This document shows positions 44,084-58,451 of a DNA stretch of 64,000 bases, piece after piece. The position numbers were made by a program, and so were the translations under genes. Every line of letters begins with the position of its first letter. The first letter of the stretch is position 1. Below the pieces are notes generated by a model. The model did not search any database. It was given only the letters and a program-made list of their open reading frames with translations, and was not told the origin of the DNA. The stretch is from Eledone cirrhosa. Lineage: Eukaryota. Location: contig OZ024748.1 in NCBI GenBank assembly GCA_964016885.1, positions 38,688,001-38,752,000 on the forward strand. The letters run 5' to 3'.

Positions 44084-45320
44084 CATGATGGCTACCCCCT
44101 CGTTATCGAGTATGGCCATTGCACGAGAAAAAAAAAAAATATATATATACACACATACATATATATATATACACACACACATACATACATATACATTAAT
44201 AACAATAATAATAATAATAATAACAACAACAACAATAATAATAATATACATATACATATATATATACACACACACGGACACACATAAACATATCTACACA
44301 CACACACATACACACGATAGCAACTAACAGCGCTGCGATCGAATGTGGCTTTTTAGCCCAGCCAATGATCTAAAATGTCTTGCACAGAGTCGGCAACCAA
44401 AACATTCACTGGGAATAGCCGGCTGAGGTTGGAGTTCATGTACTTTTGCATGTCGTTTGAGCCCTCCTGCTGATTTACATTCTCTACCACATGCTTGGCA
44501 AGTATGATGAGTAGCATCTCCAACAGCAGCCTGATAGTCAACCACTGGTCTTACTTTATGACTGCGAAGATGACTTTCGAGTCCAGCTTTGCTTAGGCAG
44601 AGTCTCGTACAGACGCTGCATGTCAGCACCATAGGAGGACCTTCGCCGTCTGGAAGTGCAACAGCAATGCCCTTCCTCACATCCCGCTTTACTTTCTCGT
44701 ATGCGATTCGAGATGCCTCAAAGGCAACTTTTCCCTCATATACAGTCTTTCTCCATTTATTACGATCAGCAGCAACATTTTCCAATGTATCAACAGAGAT
44801 GTTAGCGTTTTTCAAAGAGGCTTTCAAGGAATCCTTATACCTCTTTTTTGGTTTATGTGGCGGTCGTTTTCCTTTAACTAACTCTCCATAAAAGAGTTGT
44901 TTTGGTATTCTAGAATCCTTCATCCTGGCAAGGTGACCACTCCAACGGAGTCGTTGCTTAAGCACAAGAGCTTCACACATAGAGCTTTCCAAATCTCAAC
45001 ATCATTGATGTGGTCCCTCCAGTGAACGCCATGGATCCGTCTGCGAGACATCTGATGGAAACGCTCCAATTGCTTAAGGTGGTGACGATATGTGACCCAG
45101 GTCTCGCAGGCATAAAGAATAGAAGAGAGCACACATGCCTTGTACACCTTTACCTTTGTCTTCTTGCATATGTCTTGCCGACCCCAGAGTCGCCTTTCTA
45201 GCTTTCCGAAAGCATCACTTGCTTTCCTAATCCTAAGTGAGATTTCACTATCAAGGTTGCTGTATCGATTGACAGTGCTTCCCGGGTAGACAAACTGATC
45301 AACCTCTCGAAGTCGTTTAC
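44084..45320 (-). mobile_element. 5'-truncated RTE (BovB-like) LINE: ORF C-terminus with three C2H2 zinc fingers, one frameshift, 3' UTR and (TATG)n tail
   Basis: ORFs 44920-45339 (VDQFVYPGS...EISLRIRKASDAFGKL...TKVKVYKACVLSSILYACETW) and 44324-44992 (QRLRWSGHLARMKDSRIPKQLFYGEL...). The 3' terminal stem-loop is GGCCATACTCGATAACGAGGGGGTAGCCATCATG. Confidence 0.92.
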
Positions 45321-45338
45321 TATACATACATACATACA

Positions 45339-48300
45339 AAAGACAGTCAACGCGATCAGTCGCATCTTTTGGCGTGGGAGACTATTTATTAAATTTAAGA
45401 TTAATACTATCTCCGACAGTAATGCCACAACTACAGTCAGGTTGAATAACTGGTTATTCTTCTAACTATCCCTTCTGAAGACACCTTTTATTCGAATTCG
45501 TAGAGATATCCGACTAAATATATAATTCATTTTACAAGGATTTGCTACAAACAGCATGGCTGAACACAACATCAACAAAAAAATGAAGGAACTATCGAAG
45601 ACAAATAACAAGGAAGGTAATCAAACTTTATTCAGTTGTAGCTACAGAAGAATCCTAAATTATAAATCGCATTTCTCTTGGAGTTGCGAACTTAATAATG
45701 ATTTATTTAATTGTTATAAAATGGCAAAAAAAACAATCCCTCCATTGGCTATATGAATAGAATGAAGCTACACTGGGACGAAATGCACCCAGAGCTAAAT
45801 TATTTCACAGCGAAACAATTACGCCAACAAACGACGTTTGTTGAACGTAAAAATAAGATAAATATTATGAATTGTAAGTCCCCCACAAAAAAACATGTTA
45901 TCAACAACACGTGCTACAGGTCGCCATGCTACTAGACTTCCTAGCAGCCAGGTCGAACAGCGCCTTGAAACAACTATGCCTGTAAGAAACTTGACACCAC
46001 CTGTACCATCTAAGTCTACCTCGAATGCTGGGGAAAACACTATCGATAATAACAATAATCGAAGAAATAATAATAATAATCGAATAAATGTGACACCTCC
46101 TGTATCATCCGAGTCTACCTCGACTGTTGTCGAAAATGCTATCGATAATGATAATCAAAAGTATAAATAATTGAAAATTTCCCTCAACGAAATCTTCCAG
46201 AGAGAAATTAACTCATGTATAAATATCTCTCTGGCTGAACGTGTTAAAATGACAATGGTGAATAAAAAATCAAATAATGAAATACTACGTGTTATTGACG
46301 AAATAGGGGATGAATATTTACGACGGATAAAAACCCAACATTTTGGCAAATCAACGCCTGTTTATATGCCTTAGCAATGACAGTGAAGCATTATCTTGGT
46401 GATAGCAGAGATATTAACAAGAACAAAACACCACCAAAAATACCATCATATATAACTAAAATAGAAAAAAAGAGTGCTGACCTACGAAAAAACATAGGAT
46501 ATGTGACAATGCTCCTTACATGCAAACAAACACAAAAAACCTCACTCCTCACCAACAAAGAGTGAAAAATAAAATAGAGACGATGTTTGGTAACAGTAGA
46601 ACCAGAACTCTCCAATATAAGCTGATCACCCTCAAACAAGAATTGAGAGCTGTTAGCGAAAAACGCCGATACCTGAAGAAGGTAGATGAGAGAAAAGTGC
46701 TTAATAAAAGATTCAGACGAAACCAAACATCAGTCTATCGAGATATGAAGGGCAAAATAATAAGACATAGATTCCGTTTGGAGAAAAATATGGGGTGAAA
46801 AGAAGAATTTCAACCAAGATGCAGTGTGGCTGAGAGAAATCCGAAAGAACTATTGCTCCAACACTACAACAAAAACATACGAAATAAGTGAGGGTACCCT
46901 TGAGACTGTGATAGGAAAACTCCAAGATAAGAAAACACCAGGAAGAGACATGATTGTCGACTACTGGTACAAAAGAACTAATATTCTATCGGAGGTATCT
47001 TACTGACCTCTACCAACAAGTTCTTAAGGGAGATACACTTATACCAGAATGGTTGACATTAGCACAAACGTTACTGGTCCCCAAGAACAAAGACACCCAC
47101 TTGGCAAAAAACTACCGACCCATTGTATGAGAGAACCTGATGTATAAGATGTATACAGCCTGCCTGAACCTATTCCTCCAAGATCACTGTGAAAATAATA
47201 ACATCATCACAGATGAACAAGCAGCTGGAAAGAAAGGGGTTTGGGGATGTGCTGAACAACTCCTAATCAACAAAACTGCGATGTCGGAGGTGCGACAATT
47301 TAGGAGGAATATGACTACAGTCTGGCTGGACTACAGGAAAGCTTTCGATTCTGTTCCCCACTCTTGGATGATAGAGGCCCTCCAACTTGCTAAAGTCCCA
47401 GACATTATTGTCAGAGCCATAGAGAAGCTGTCTTCTTCTTGGGCTACTATCCTAAGGTTAAAGACAGAGAGGGAGGACTCTATTTTCACTGATAAAATAA
47501 AATATTGCAGGGGTATATTTCAGGGAGACAGTCTCTCTGTGATATTGTTCATCTTGTCATTAAACCCCTTGTCCTTTCTGCTCAAGAAATATGAGGGATA
47601 CATCATTGGCTCACAGGAGGACAGAAATACGAACCTAACCCATAATTTCTTTGTGGATGATCTGAAACTCTATGCCAAGAACATGGATGGGATGAAGAAA
47701 ATCTTGATCTGGTTACAACGTTCTCAAAGGATATAGGAATGGAGTTTGGCCAAAATAAATGCTCATACATGACTGTAAAGCGGGGGGGGGGGGAAACAAC
47801 AACCCAATCTAGCAACATTGTCATCAATAGCCTAACTGTTTCACCGATATCTGATGAGGGCTACTACAGATACCTGGGGATAGATGAGAACATATCCTGT
47901 AATGGTATCTGTAATAAAGAACGCGTAACCAGGGAATACTACACCCGATTAAGAAAGATCTGGAACTCTCTGCGCAAAACGAAACAGTGGCTCACAATGT
48001 GTTTGCTGTGCCTTTCCTAACACCAACGTTTGGAATACTCAATTGGACGATAGACGAAATCCGAGCAGTTGATGTTGGAACTCGAAAAATACTGAACAAC
48101 ACCGGAAACTTCCACATCAACAGTGACATAGACCGCCTTTACTTGAAACGTAAGCAGGGAGGCAGAGGCCTAACATCCAGACAACATTTGAATGTCGCAT
48201 CATATCTCTCCGACAACATCTACGAACCTCGAAGCGTAGGAGCCCGTTTCTCGAGCAAGTCTATCTGCATGAAACAGATAAGATCATGATAGTTTGGAAG

Positions 48301-49425
48301 GAACTCCTTGAGAGATATTCCCTGTGTGATAATCAAAAACTCACACCCAGGGATGTCGCTCAGCAGTATCGCAGTGAATCCATGGATGAAAAACTGCATG
48401 CCTATCAGCAAAAAGTCATGCATGGATATGTTGCCAGGAAGCTCCAGAGTGAGAGTAATATAGATAAGTAAAGTAGTCTAGCTTGGACCAACAACCGCTA
48501 TATTGGCTCCCACTTTGAAGGATACGCTTTTGCAATCCAAGAACAGGAGATTAGCACGAAATACCTGATTCACAAAAGAGATAGGGATGCAATCAACACA
48601 CCTAGATGTGATAACAAGTGCAGACTCTGCAGAACTAACATCGAGGATATCACCCATGTCATCAGCAGCTGTCCAAAGATCTCATCGCGGTACTATCTAC
48701 CTATGAGGCATGATGTAGTGGTCCAAACACTGTACAATGCAGTTCGTAAAAAAGATAGCCCCGATAATAAACACATTAAAAGTTACAGCAATGTGGAAGA
48801 CATCCATGTACATAATATGAAAGAGTACTAGTGGAATGTTCCAGTAAAAACCCCAATAAAATGCAGGCATAACAGACCAGATATTATGATATGGGACAGG
48901 GAGAAGAAAACATGCACAGTAGTGGAAATTAGCTGCCCAGCAGATGCCAATATAATATCAAAGATTAGTGAAAAGGAGAATATTTATGTAGAACTTATGA
49001 GAATCTGCAGATACTCCACCCTGATTACACCTTCAGATTTATGCCTGATTATTGAGGCACTGGGGTATGTTAGTAACTGCCTCAATACAAATCTTCAGAA
49101 GCTAGGCTTCACAGGAACAGAAAGAACACAACTAGTTAGGAAATTACAATCCATTTATGGAACAGTAAAAATATGTAAAAGATTCCAAAAATTTTGCATC
49201 TAATAACTTCATATACACAAGTACAGATACAAAGCATATACACATGCACACATACAACTCAAAACATACACATCCACACACAATAACATCCATATCTACA
49301 CATGCATACATACATATCTACCTTGTTGATGCTGTGTAAATTCCAATGGGAGAGTCTTGTGTCTATGTTAGAAACCGACTCTCTCTCTATTGGTAAACCT
49401 TTGTGAAATTATAAAACCAGAAGAA
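45339..49425 (+). mobile_element. Near full-length, decayed R4/Dong-clade non-LTR retrotransposon (RT, CCHC knuckle, restriction-like endonuclease)
   Basis: N-terminal YMNRMKLHWDEMHPE...KQLRQQ. RT motifs KNYRPI, GCAEQLLINK, WLDYRKAFDSVPHSW, GIFQGDSLS, FFVDDLKLY, MEFGQNKC and YRYLGI. CRLC...EDITHVISSC at 48619-48672, then RHD and RPDIMIWDREKKTCTVVEISCP. The ORF ends at 49203 and has many frameshifts and stops. (CATA)n flanks both sides. Confidence 0.93.
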
Positions 49426-49453
49426 CATACATACATACATACATATATACATA

Positions 49454-50039
49454 CATGGTGGCTGCCAACTCGTTTTCGAGTACGGCCACTACTTTATATC
49501 CATGTAGGAGAACCCCTACCGATGCGCTGAACGAGTGTGACTTTTTAGTCCAGCCAGCGACTTGAAAACTCTGGTACAAACACTACACTTGTGACAATTA
49601 TTGACACATAGTGCTGGGCCCATTGTACCCTGTGATGACAAGTGCAGAGAGATCTCCAGATATAAAGCAATGCCTGTGCCGTGAAGCTTTTATAGTGAGC
49701 AAAGGCACTGCACAAAGCCAGTCCCACTCTCTTAACCAAGATGATATTTACCAAAAAGAAGAACAAGTCAACATCATTGGATACCATCAGGGTTGCAGGT
49801 GTTATATCAGAGTTTTCCTTCTCCTAGAATTCTGCCTTCACAAAGGCTAAGAGGTCATATCTCCCGGTGATTTTGGATGGCCATTGACTCATAAGAGCTC
49901 CTTTGTCTTTTGACAGATTTTGTTTTTAGTCCTGCAGGATGTCCAAAGTCACCCTCCTCACCAAGAAACCTTGGTGGGGTTGCCAGTTTAGTCGCCAACG
50001 ACCCGACCATGGGACAGGTTGTACTGGGATACATGTTAC
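49454..50039 (-). mobile_element. ~585-bp non-autonomous RTE-derived element (RTE-like 5' UTR joined to RTE-like 3' end), flanked by (TATG)n
   Basis: No RT ORF. The 3' end GGCCGTACTCGAAAACGAGTTGGCAGCCACCATG parallels the 3' end of the neighbouring RTE. The structured 5' end contains CCTGTCCC...GAGGAGGG. Confidence 0.7.
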
Positions 50040-50469
50040 GTACATACATACGTACATACTTACGTACATACATACATACATACATACATACATACATACA
50101 TACATACATACATACATACACTCTTTTTAATGGTCTCTCTCTCTATCACACACACACATATATATATATACAGGCACAGACGGTGCACACACTCATGCAC
50201 TCCTTCTCATACTCCAGCTTTCTCTCTCTCTCATACACAGACAGTACACACACACACATACACACATGCACACACACATGCACACACTTAAACATACTGA
50301 ACATTCTCCTAATTCAGAATTCTCAATGATAAAGCGATCTGTTACACACACACACACACACACACACACGTACACACACGTACACCACAAATAACACATA
50401 CATACACACATGTTCACTGCACCAAACACCAAGTCAACATTCTCAATGTCATGATGATATATGTAACAT

Positions 50470-53400
50470 ACACACTAGCACACACATACTAACACACACA
50501 TACTAGCACATACATACTAACACACACATACTAGCACACACATACTAGCACATACATACGAGTACACACATACTAGCACACACATACTAGCACACACATA
50601 CTAGCACATACATACTAGTACACACATACTAGCACATACATACTAGCACACATACTAGCACACACATACTAGCACACACATACTAGCACACACATACTAG
50701 CACATACACACTAGCACACACATACTAGCACACACATACTAGCACATACACACTAGCACACACACACTAGCACATACATACTAGCACACTTACTAGCACA
50801 CACACACTAGTACACACACACTAGTACACACATACTAGCACATACATACTAGTACACACACACTAGTACACACATACTAGCACATACATACTAGCACACA
50901 TACTAGCACACACACACTAGCACACACATACTAGCACATACATACTAGCACACATACTAGCACACACACACTAGCACACACATACTAGCACATACATACT
51001 AGCACACATACTAGCACACACATACTAGCACACACACACTAGCACACACATACTAGCACATACATACTAGCACACACACACTAGCACATACATACTAGCA
51101 CACACATACTAGCACATACATACTAGCACACATACTAGCACACACACACTAGCACACACATACTAGCACATACATACTAGCACACATACTAGCACACACA
51201 CACTAGCACACACATACTAGCACATACATACTAGTATGTGTGCTAGTATGTATGTGCTAGTATGTGTGTGCTAGTGTGTGTGTGCTAGTATGTGTGCTAG
51301 TATGTATGTGTTAGTATGTGTGTGCTAGTGTGTGTGTGCTAGTATGTGTGTGTGCTAGTGTGTGTGTGCTACTATGTGTGTGCTAGTATGTGTGTGCTAG
51401 TGCGTGTGTGCTAGTGTGTGTGTGCTAGTATGTGTGTACTAGTGTGTATGTGCTAGCAAGTGTGTGCTAGTGTGTGTGTGCTAGTATGTGTGTGCTAGTG
51501 TGTGTGTGCTAGTATGTGTGTGCTACTATGTGTGTGCTAGTATGTGTATGCTAGTGTGTGTGTGCTAGTGTGTATGTGCTAGTATGTGGTGCTAATGTGT
51601 ATGTGCTAGTATGTGGTGCTAATGTGTATGTGCTAGTATGTGTATACTAGTGTGTGTCTGCTAGTATGTGTGTGCTAGTATGTGTATGCTAGTGTGTATG
51701 TGCTAGTGCGTGTATGCTAGTGTGTATGTGCTAGTGCGTGTGTGCTAGTATGTGTGTACTAGTGTGTGCCTGCTAGTATGTGTGTGCTAGTATGTGTGTG
51801 CTAGTATGTGTGTGCTTGTATGTGTATGCTAGTGTATGTGCTAGTGCCTGTGTGCTAGTGCGTGTGTGCTAGTATGTGTGTGTGCTAGTGTGTGTGTGCT
51901 ACTGTGTGTGTGCTACTATGTGTGTGCTAGTATGTGTGTGCTAGTGCGTGTGTGCTAGTATGTGTGTGCTAGTATGTGTGTGCTACTATGTGTGTGCTAG
52001 TATGTGTGTACTTGTGTGTATGTGCTAGCAAGTGTGTGCTAGTGTGTGTGTGCTAGTATGTGTGTGCTACTATGTGTGTGCTAGTATGTGTGTGCTAGTG
52101 TGTGTGTGCTAGTGTGTATGTGCTAGTATGTGGTGCTAATGTGTATGTGTTAGTATGTGGTGCTAATGTGTATGTGCTAGTATGTGTATACGAGTGTGTG
52201 TCTGCTAGTATGTGTGTGCTAGTATGTGTATGCTAATGTGTATGTGCTAGTGCGTGTGTGCTAGTGTGTGTGTGCTGGTATGTGTGTGCTGGTATGTGTG
52301 TACTAGTGTGTATGTGGTAGTATGTGGTGCTAGTGTGTATGTGCTAGTATGTGTGTACTAGTGTGTGTGTGCTACTATGTGTGTGCTAGTATGTGTGTGC
52401 TAGTGTGTATGTGCTAGTATGTGTGTGCTAGTGTATATGTGCTAGTATGTGTATACTAGTGTGTATGTGCTAGTATGTGTGTACTAGTGTGTATGTGCTA
52501 GTATGTGTGTGCTACTATGTGTGTGCTAGTATGTGTGTACTAGTGTGTGTGTGCTAGTATATGTGTGCTAGTGTGTATGTGCTAGTATGTGTGTAATAGT
52601 GTGTATGTGCTAGTATGTGTGTAATAGTGTGTATGTGCTAGTATGTGTGTACTAGTGTGTATGTGCTAGTATGTGTGTACTAGTGTGTGTGTACTAGTGT
52701 GTGTGTGCTAGTATGTGTGTGCTAGTATGTGTGCTAGTATGTATGTGCTAGTGTATATGTGCTAGTATGTGTATACTAGTGTGTATGTGCTAGTATGTGT
52801 GTACTAGTGTGTATGTGCTAGTATGTGTGTGCTAGTGTGTATGTGCTAGTATGTGTGTAATAGTGTGTAAGTGCTAGTATGTGTGTGCTAGTGTGTGTGT
52901 GCTAGCACACACACACTAGCACACACATACTAGCACATACATACTAGCACACATACTAGCACACACACACTAGCACACACATACTAGCACATACATACTA
53001 GCACACATACTAGCACACACACACTAGCACACACATACTAGCACATACATACTAGCACACATACTAGCACACACACACTAGCACACACATACTAGCACAC
53101 ACACACTAGCACACACATACTAGCACTTACACACTATTACACACATACTAGCACATACACACTAGCACACACATACTAGCACATACACACTAGTACACAC
53201 ATACTAGCACATACACACTAGTATACACATACTAGCACATATACACTAGCACATACATACTAGCACACATACTAGCACACACATACTAGCACACACACAC
53301 TAGTACACACACACTAGTACACACATACTAGCACATACACACTAGTACACACATACTAGCACATACACACTATTACACACATACTAGCACATACACACTA

Positions 53401-56400
53401 TTACACACATACTAGCACATACACACTAGCACACACATACTAGCACATACATACTAGCACACATACTAGCACACACACACTAGCACACACATACTAGCAC
53501 ATACATACTAGCACACACACTAGCACACACACACTAGCACACACATACTAGCACATACATACTAGCACACATACTAGCACACACACACTAGTACATACAC
53601 AATAGCGCACACATACTAGCACATACATACTGGCACACATACTAGCACACACACACACTAGCACACACACACTAGCACATACATACTAGCACACATACTA
53701 GGACACACACACTAGCACACACATACTAGCACATACATACTAGCACACATACTAGCACACACACACTAGCACACACATACTAGCACTTACACACTATTAC
53801 ACACATACTAGCACATACACACTAGCACACACATACTAGCACATACACACTAGTACACACATACTAGCACATACACACTAGTATACACATACTAGCACAT
53901 ATACACTAGCACATACATACTAGCACACATACTAGCACACACATACTAGCACACACACACTAGTACACACACACTAGTACACACATACTAGCACATACAC
54001 ACTAGTACACACATACTAGCACATACACACTATTACACACATACTAGCACATACACACTATTACACACATACTAGCACATACACACTAGCACACATATAC
54101 TAGCACACACACACTAGTACACACATACTAGCACACACATAGTAGCACACACATACTAGCACATACACACTAGTACACACATACTAGCACATACACACTA
54201 GTATACACATACTAGCACATATACACTAGCACACACATACTAGCACATACACACTAGCACACACATACTAGCACACACATAGTAGCACACACACACACTA
54301 GTACACACATACTAGCACATACACACTAGCACCACATACTACCACATACACACTAGTACACACATACCAGCACACACATACCAGCACACACACACTAGCA
54401 CACACGCACTAGCACATACACATTAGCATACACATACTAGCACACACATACTAGCAGACACACACTCGTATACACATACTAGCACATACACATTAGCACC
54501 ACATACTAACACATACACATTAGCACCACATACTAGCACATACACACTAGCACACACACACTAGCACACACATACTAGCACACACATAGTAGCACACACA
54601 TACTAGCACACACACACTAGCACACACTTGCTAGCACATACACACAAGTACACACATACTAGCACACACATACTAGCACACACATACTAGCACACACGCA
54701 CTAGCACACACATACTAGCACACACATAGTAGCACACACACACTAGCACACACACATACTAGCACACACGCACTAGCACACAGGCACTAGCACATACACT
54801 AGCATACACATACAAGCACACACATACTAGCACACACATACTAGCACACACATACTAGCAGGCACACACTAGTACACACATACTAGCACACACGCACTAG
54901 CACATACACACTAGCATACACGCACTAGCACATACACACTAGCATACACATACTAGCACACACATACTAGCAGACACACACTAGTATACACATACTAGCA
55001 CATACACATTAGCACCACATACTAGCACATACACATTAGCACCACATACTAGCACATACACACTAGCACACACACACTAGCATACACATACTAGCACACA
55101 CATAGTAGCACACACATACTAGCACACACACACTAGCACACACATACTAGCACACACACACTAGCACACACTTGCTAGCACATACACACTAGTACACACA
55201 TACTAGCACACACACACTAGCACACACGCACTAGCACACACATACTAGCACACACATAGTAGCACACACACACTAGCACACACACATACTAGCACACACA
55301 CACTAGCACACACGCACTAGCACATACACACTAGCATACACATACTAGCACACACATACTAGCACACACATACTAGCACACACATACTAGCAGGCACACA
55401 CTAGTACACACATACTAGCACACACACACTAGCACACACATGCTAGCATATACACACTTGCACACACATACTAGCGCACGCACACTAGCACACACACACT
55501 AGCACACACACACTAGCACACACACACTAGCACACACATACTAGCACACACATAGTAGCAAACACATACTAGCACACATACACTCGCACGCACACACGCT
55601 AGCACACACACACTAGCACACACATACTAGCACACACACACTAGCACACACATACTAGCACACACTTAGTAGCACACACATACTAGCACACACACACTAG
55701 CACATATACACTAGCACACATACACTCGCACACACACACTAGCACACACACACTAGCACACAATAGCACACGCATACTAGCACACAATAGCACACGCATA
55801 CTAGCACACACATACTAGCACACACACACTAGCACACACATACTAGTACACACACACTAGCACATACACACTAGCACACACACATACTAGCACACACATA
55901 CTAGCACACACTTACTAGCACACACATACTAGCACACACACACTAGCACACACACACTAGCACACACACACACTAGCACACACACACACTAGCACACATA
56001 CTAGCACACACATACTAGCACACACATACTAGCACACACACACTAGCACACACACACTAGCACACATGCTAACACACACATACTAGCACACACACACACT
56101 AGCACACACACACTAGCACACATACTAGCACACACATACTAGCACACACATACTAGCACACACACACTAGCACACACATACTAGAACACACATACTAGCA
56201 CACACACACACTAGCACACACATACTAGTACACACATACTAGCAGACACATGCTGGCACACACAAACTAGCACACACATACTAGCAGACACATACTAGCA
56301 CACACATACTAGCACACACACACTAGAACACACACACTAGCACACACATACTAGCACACACATACTAGCACACACGTCCTAGCACACACACACTAGCACA

Positions 56401-58440
56401 CACACACTAGCACACACATACTAGAACACACATACTAGCACACACACACTAGCACATACACACTAGCACACACATACTAGCACACACATACTAGCACACA
56501 CATACTAGCACACACACACTAGCACACACACACTAGCACACACATACTAGCACACACACACTAGCACACACACACTAGCACACACATACTAGCACACACA
56601 TACTAGCACACACACACTAGCACACACATACTAGCACACACACATACTAGCACACACACACACTAGCACACACACACTAGCACACACACACTAGCACACA
56701 CACACTAGCACACACATACTAGCACACACATACTAGCACACACACACTAGCACACACACACTGGCACACACACACTGGCACACACATACTAGCACACACA
56801 AACTAGCACATAAACACTAGCACACACATACTAGCACACCCATATTAGCACATACACACTAGCACACACATACTAGCACACACACACACACTACCACACA
56901 CATACTAGCACACACATACTAGCACACACACACTAGCACACACACATACTAGCACACACATACTAGCACACACATACAAGCACACACATACTAGCACACA
57001 CATACTAGCACACACATACAAGCACACACATACTAGCACACACCTACTAGCACACACATACTAGCACACACATACTAGCACACACACACTAGCACACACA
57101 CAATAGCACACATACTAGCACACACATACTAGCACACACATATTAGCACACACACACTAGCACATACACACTAGCACACACATACTAGCACATACACACT
57201 AGCACATAGAAACTAGTACACACATACTAGCGCACACACACTAGCACACAGATACTAGCACACACACACTAGCGCACACATACTAGCACACATACTAGCA
57301 CACACATACTAGCACACACACACTAGCACACATACAAGCACACACATACTAGCACACACACACTAGCACACACACACTAGCACACACATACTAGCACACA
57401 CACACTAGCACACTAGCACACACACACTAGCACACATACTAGCACACACATACTAGCACACACACACTAGCACACACATACTAGCACACACATACTAGCA
57501 CACACATACTAGTACACACACACTAGCACACACACACTAGCACACACACACTAGCACACACACACTAGCACCCACACACATACTAGCACACACATACTAG
57601 CACACACACACTACCACACAGATACTAGCACACACATAGTAGCACACACACACTAGCACACACATACTAGCACACACATAGTAGCACACACATACTAGCA
57701 CACACACACTAGCACACACACACTAGCACACACACACTGGCACACCTATACTAGGACACACATACTAGCACACACATACTAGCACACACACACTAGCACA
57801 CACACTCTAGCACACACACACTAGCACACACATACTAGCACACATATAGTAGCATATACACACTAGCACACACATACTAGCACACACATAGTAGCACACA
57901 CATACTAGCACACACATACTAGCACACACATACTAGCACACACATACTAGCACACGCATACTAGCACACACACACTAGCACACACATACTAGCACACACA
58001 CACACTAGCACACATACTAGCACACACACACTAGCACACACATACTAGCACACACATAGTAGCATATACACACTAGCACACACATACTAGCACACACATA
58101 GTAGCACACACATACTAGCACACACATACTAGCACACACATACTAGCACACACATACTGGCACATACACACTAGCACACACATACTAGCACACACACACA
58201 CTAGCACACATACTAGCACATACACACTAGCACACACATACTAGCACATACACACTAGCACACACACACTAGCACACACATACTAGCACACACATACTAG
58301 CACACACATTCTAGCACACACATACTAGCACACACAAACTAGCACATACACACTAGCACACACATATACTAGCAAACACACACTAGCACACACATACTAG
58401 CACACACACACACATACTCACACGTACACACACATAGTAG
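50470..58440. repeat. 12-bp minisatellite CTAGCACACA(C/T)A-type array (~8 kb) with an inverted block at 51233-52903
   Basis: The unit CACACATACTAG/CACACACACTAG flips to CTAGTATGTGTG between the ACTAGT (51230-51235) and GCTAGC (52901-52906) junctions. Confidence 0.97.
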
Positions 58441-58451
58441 CACACACACAC

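Noticed and set aside
47850-47885. CTGATGAG hammerhead-like core
   Set aside because: It lies in R4 RT coding sequence (ISDEGYYRYLGI), with no stem II plus GAAA.
49335-49400. GAAACC...GGTA stem in the R4 3' UTR resembling hammerhead stem III
   Set aside because: No recognisable CUGANGA upstream in this copy.
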